A stretch of DNA of 64,000 nucleotides from Chiloscyllium plagiosum (Eukaryota), in assembly GCF_004010195.1 (NCBI RefSeq), contig NC_057755.1, forward strand, positions 412,399 to 476,398. The letters run 5' to 3'. The number at the start of each line of letters is the position of its first letter. Position 1 is the first letter of the stretch. The notes under the pieces are model-generated. The model was not told where the DNA came from and did not search any database. It saw only the letters and a list, made by a program, of their open reading frames with translations. The position numbers and the translations under genes are program-made. Positions 61,264 through 64,000 of this stretch are shown here, piece by piece.

Positions 61264-62833
61264 ATGACAACGTCTCCATCGTATGAACGCATGATTCGTA
61301 TTATAATGAACAGAAGTAAACCCGGTATGTTAAGTGAGGTTTTCCGAAGGTTCCATAGCAGATTCATATCAAAACTTTGTATTTCAATTCCCTTTTTGAT
61401 AGTAACACCTGTCCTTTGCAGTAATAGTGTTGTTCGGGAGAAAATAGACTTAATGATGTGAGTCTAGTGGTTCTTCTTGAGAAGAATTTGTTCGGATGAA
61501 GAGTGATTCTAAGCACAAAAGGTTAACTCAATTTATCTCTTCCCAGATGCTGCCATATCTTTTCAGTTTCACCAGCTATTTCTTTTTCTGTTCCACATTT
61601 CCAGCATCCACTGATTAATCTCCAAACGTGACTCCTAGACGAAATGTTTAAAATTATAGAATCCGAAAGCACAGAATAGATACTTCAGTCCCTCAATACT
61701 AAAATTAATCAACTCTCGTCCCTCCTGGCAGCACGAGGTACATAGCTTCGATTGTTATGCGACTTCGAGTGCTCATTCAGGTAGAGTTTAAAGGTTGTGA
61801 GGTTGCTCGCTCAACTACCCTCCCAAGAACTGCATTCCAGATCCCCAATATTACCTGAGTGAAAGCCATTTCCTTAAATCCATGCAAACTCTCTTGCCCA
61901 CTCATCATTTGTCAATTCCCTGCCGACAATTAGTGAAACACAAGAGCAGCTTTGCTTTGAGACAGGCATGGGACTGTCATTTTTAGATTGGACCTCTGAC
62001 CGGTCCCAACTGATTTCTGTTGCTGTCTGGGGCAATGTTTGATTTGTAATTTCTGATTTTCGTTTACCTTCTGTCTCCTCCAGTTAATGTACTGGTGATT
62101 TTGGTTTTTGCACAGAGAATGTGTGCCCTTTCAAACTGCACCATGCGCTGCCTGATGGTTATGGCAACGGCAGATCTGCTGTTCATAATTACGAACATCG
62201 TACGGAGGAGACTGAATATTTATTACTTTCCAATGTGTTTCCTGGACCTCACCCCTGTGTGCAGTCCCTTTTTTTGCCGTGGTTCATATAGCCACAGACT
62301 GTTCCACCTGGTTCACTGTTCTTTTCTCCAATAATCATTTTGTCGCCATTTATTGCCTGAAACAGAAGAGAAGTTATTGGACACAGAAAGCCTTGGCTGT
62401 GGCTCTTCCTATAGCTCGAATTCTGATCTGTATAAAAAGCATTCGCTTCCATTTTAGGTTTGAACCAAAGAGGATACGAGACAATGTTCCATGGTATTCC
62501 CGATTTTTTTACTGATCCCAGATGGCTGGGATTTAATTGGCTTGATACCATTTTAACCCCTTTCATCCCATTCATGTTAATTCCGTTGATGGACATTCTG
62601 ACGGTCAGGTAGATTTTAGTGGCCAGTCGAGTCTGCAAGAGCCTGAGGGGTCAGAGGAAGGGTGAAAATCACAAAGTCGCAGAGATGGAGAGCCGGAGGA
62701 AGTCATTGATTTCACTCTTTATGATATCCATCAGCTTCATACTTCTGTTGGTAGTGTACAGTGCAAAAATCTTACACTGTATCATTCTTTACTTAAGTAA
62801 ATTCTTTACTTAATGATTCACCAAAACAACTGA
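61264..62833 (+). pseudogene. GPR139-like GPCR pseudogene (copy 4): exon 1 ending 61324, exon 2 62084-62833
   Basis: CCCG|GTATGT..CTCCAG|TT AAT gives PVNVLVILVFAQRMCALSNCTMRCLMVMATADLLFII..CFLDLTPVCS/..ATDCSTWFTVLFSNNHFVAIYC..EMESRRKSLISLF; frameshifts, stop, TM7 region deleted. Confidence 0.9.
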
Positions 62834-63229
62834 GACAGCTCCAGAGGTAGCCACAGTGTTCCCAATGCAGGAATTGCATATGTACAGCTAAGATTCAATC
62901 AGCACAATCACATGGATCGGAGTATAACACCCAGCGGTTGATGGGAAGGGGTTAACCATTCACCACGCTCAGGAACACACTGCTGTCCCTGATTGACTGG
63001 CCGATTGACACACACAGGACACACAGACAATAAGCGGCAGTAATTCAGTTTTCCGTTCAAGCCTGGTACTCCCTCCACCCCGTTCTAGAAGATCGCGGTT
63101 CATCTAATTGATATGTCAAATCCATCTTCCCTTCTTCACCTGAGGACCCTCCCTCTCCCACCGCACAAACTTAACAAGAATCTATCTGGTGTGAATGTCT
63201 TATCACCTTCGGACTTGTCAGCTTCTCCA

Positions 63230-64000
63230 GCACCTTGCTTTTAATAATAGGCATCTCACTTATCTCTGTCCCGACTGTCTTGAACTTTCAGAATCTTGCG
63301 AGTACTTTCAGTATGGAAACTGATGCAAATAACCCATTCAAGTCCTTTCCCGATTTCTTTGATCTCCATTACTACTTCTCCACCCTCATTTTCCAGTGGT
63401 CCAATAGCCACTCTTGCTTCTCTCTTATCTTTCGTACATCTAAAAAGCTTTTGCAATCTTCATTTATATTGCCAGCTATGTTATCTTCCTTTTCATCTTC
63501 TCCCCCCCTTATTGCTTTTATTAGGTCTCTTCTGCTGTTTTTTCAAGGTTTCCCACTCCTCTTGGGCGGCACGGTGGCACAGTGGTTAGCACTGCTACCT
63601 CACAGCGCCAGAGACCCGGGTTCAATTCCCGCGGAGTTTGCGCGTTATCCCCGTGTCTGCGTGGGTTTCCTCCGGGTGCTCCGATTTCCTCCCACCATCC
63701 AAAGATGTGCAGGGTCAGTTGAATTGACCATACTAAATTTCCTGTAGTGTTAGGTTAGGGGTATGGGTGGGTTTCTCTTCGGCGGGTCGGTGTGGACTTG
63801 TTGGGCCGAAGGGCCTGTTTCCACACTGTAATCTAATCTAAATCTAAATCTTACTTCCCACTAAAATTCACTATAGTTTGTGCTTTTGTTTTTATGCTGT
63901 CCCTAACTTCCGTTGTCAGTATTGATTGCCTTATCCGTGCCTCTGTACGTCTCTTCTTCCATTGGGATTAAATTTTGTTCTGCCTCTTGAATTAGTCCCA
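63230..64000 (-). mobile_element. CR1 ORF2 fragment
   Basis: KREARVAIGPLENEGGEVVM on the minus strand. Confidence 0.75.
63564..63848 (+). mobile_element. HE1-type tRNA SINE
   Basis: GGGCGGCACGGTGGCACAGTGGTTAGC (A box), GGTTCAATTCC (B box), (AATCT)n tail; short deletion after the B box. Confidence 0.92.

Noticed and set aside
63564..63630. tRNA-like A/B boxes
   Set aside because: SINE head followed by SINE body and tail; not a tRNA gene.

Overview
Repeat-dense vertebrate genomic DNA, inferred to be from a shark (HE1-type tRNA SINEs with (AATCT)n tails, CR1/HER1-type LINEs, Deu-domain SINEs, chondrichthyan-type NLR and GPR139-like genes). No intact protein-coding gene is visible. It holds four decayed copies of a two-exon GPR139-like class A GPCR unit (three with exon 2, one intron-only, one inverted) and one multi-exon NLR (death-fold + NACHT) pseudogene whose 5' exons sit inside a ~8-9 kb tandem duplication. 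There is also a CpG-rich promoter-like patch beside a minisatellite, many nested CR1 LINEs, two probable solo LTRs and three assembly gaps. The most notable unannotated signal is a set of Penelope-like insertions (tail + inverted repeat, 14-16 bp TSDs). They carry four minimal hammerhead-ribozyme motifs (CUGANGA-stem II-GAAA-palindromic stem III-UH) plus a broken remnant. Family names come from motif recognition by eye; no database search was run and repeat boundaries are approximate.
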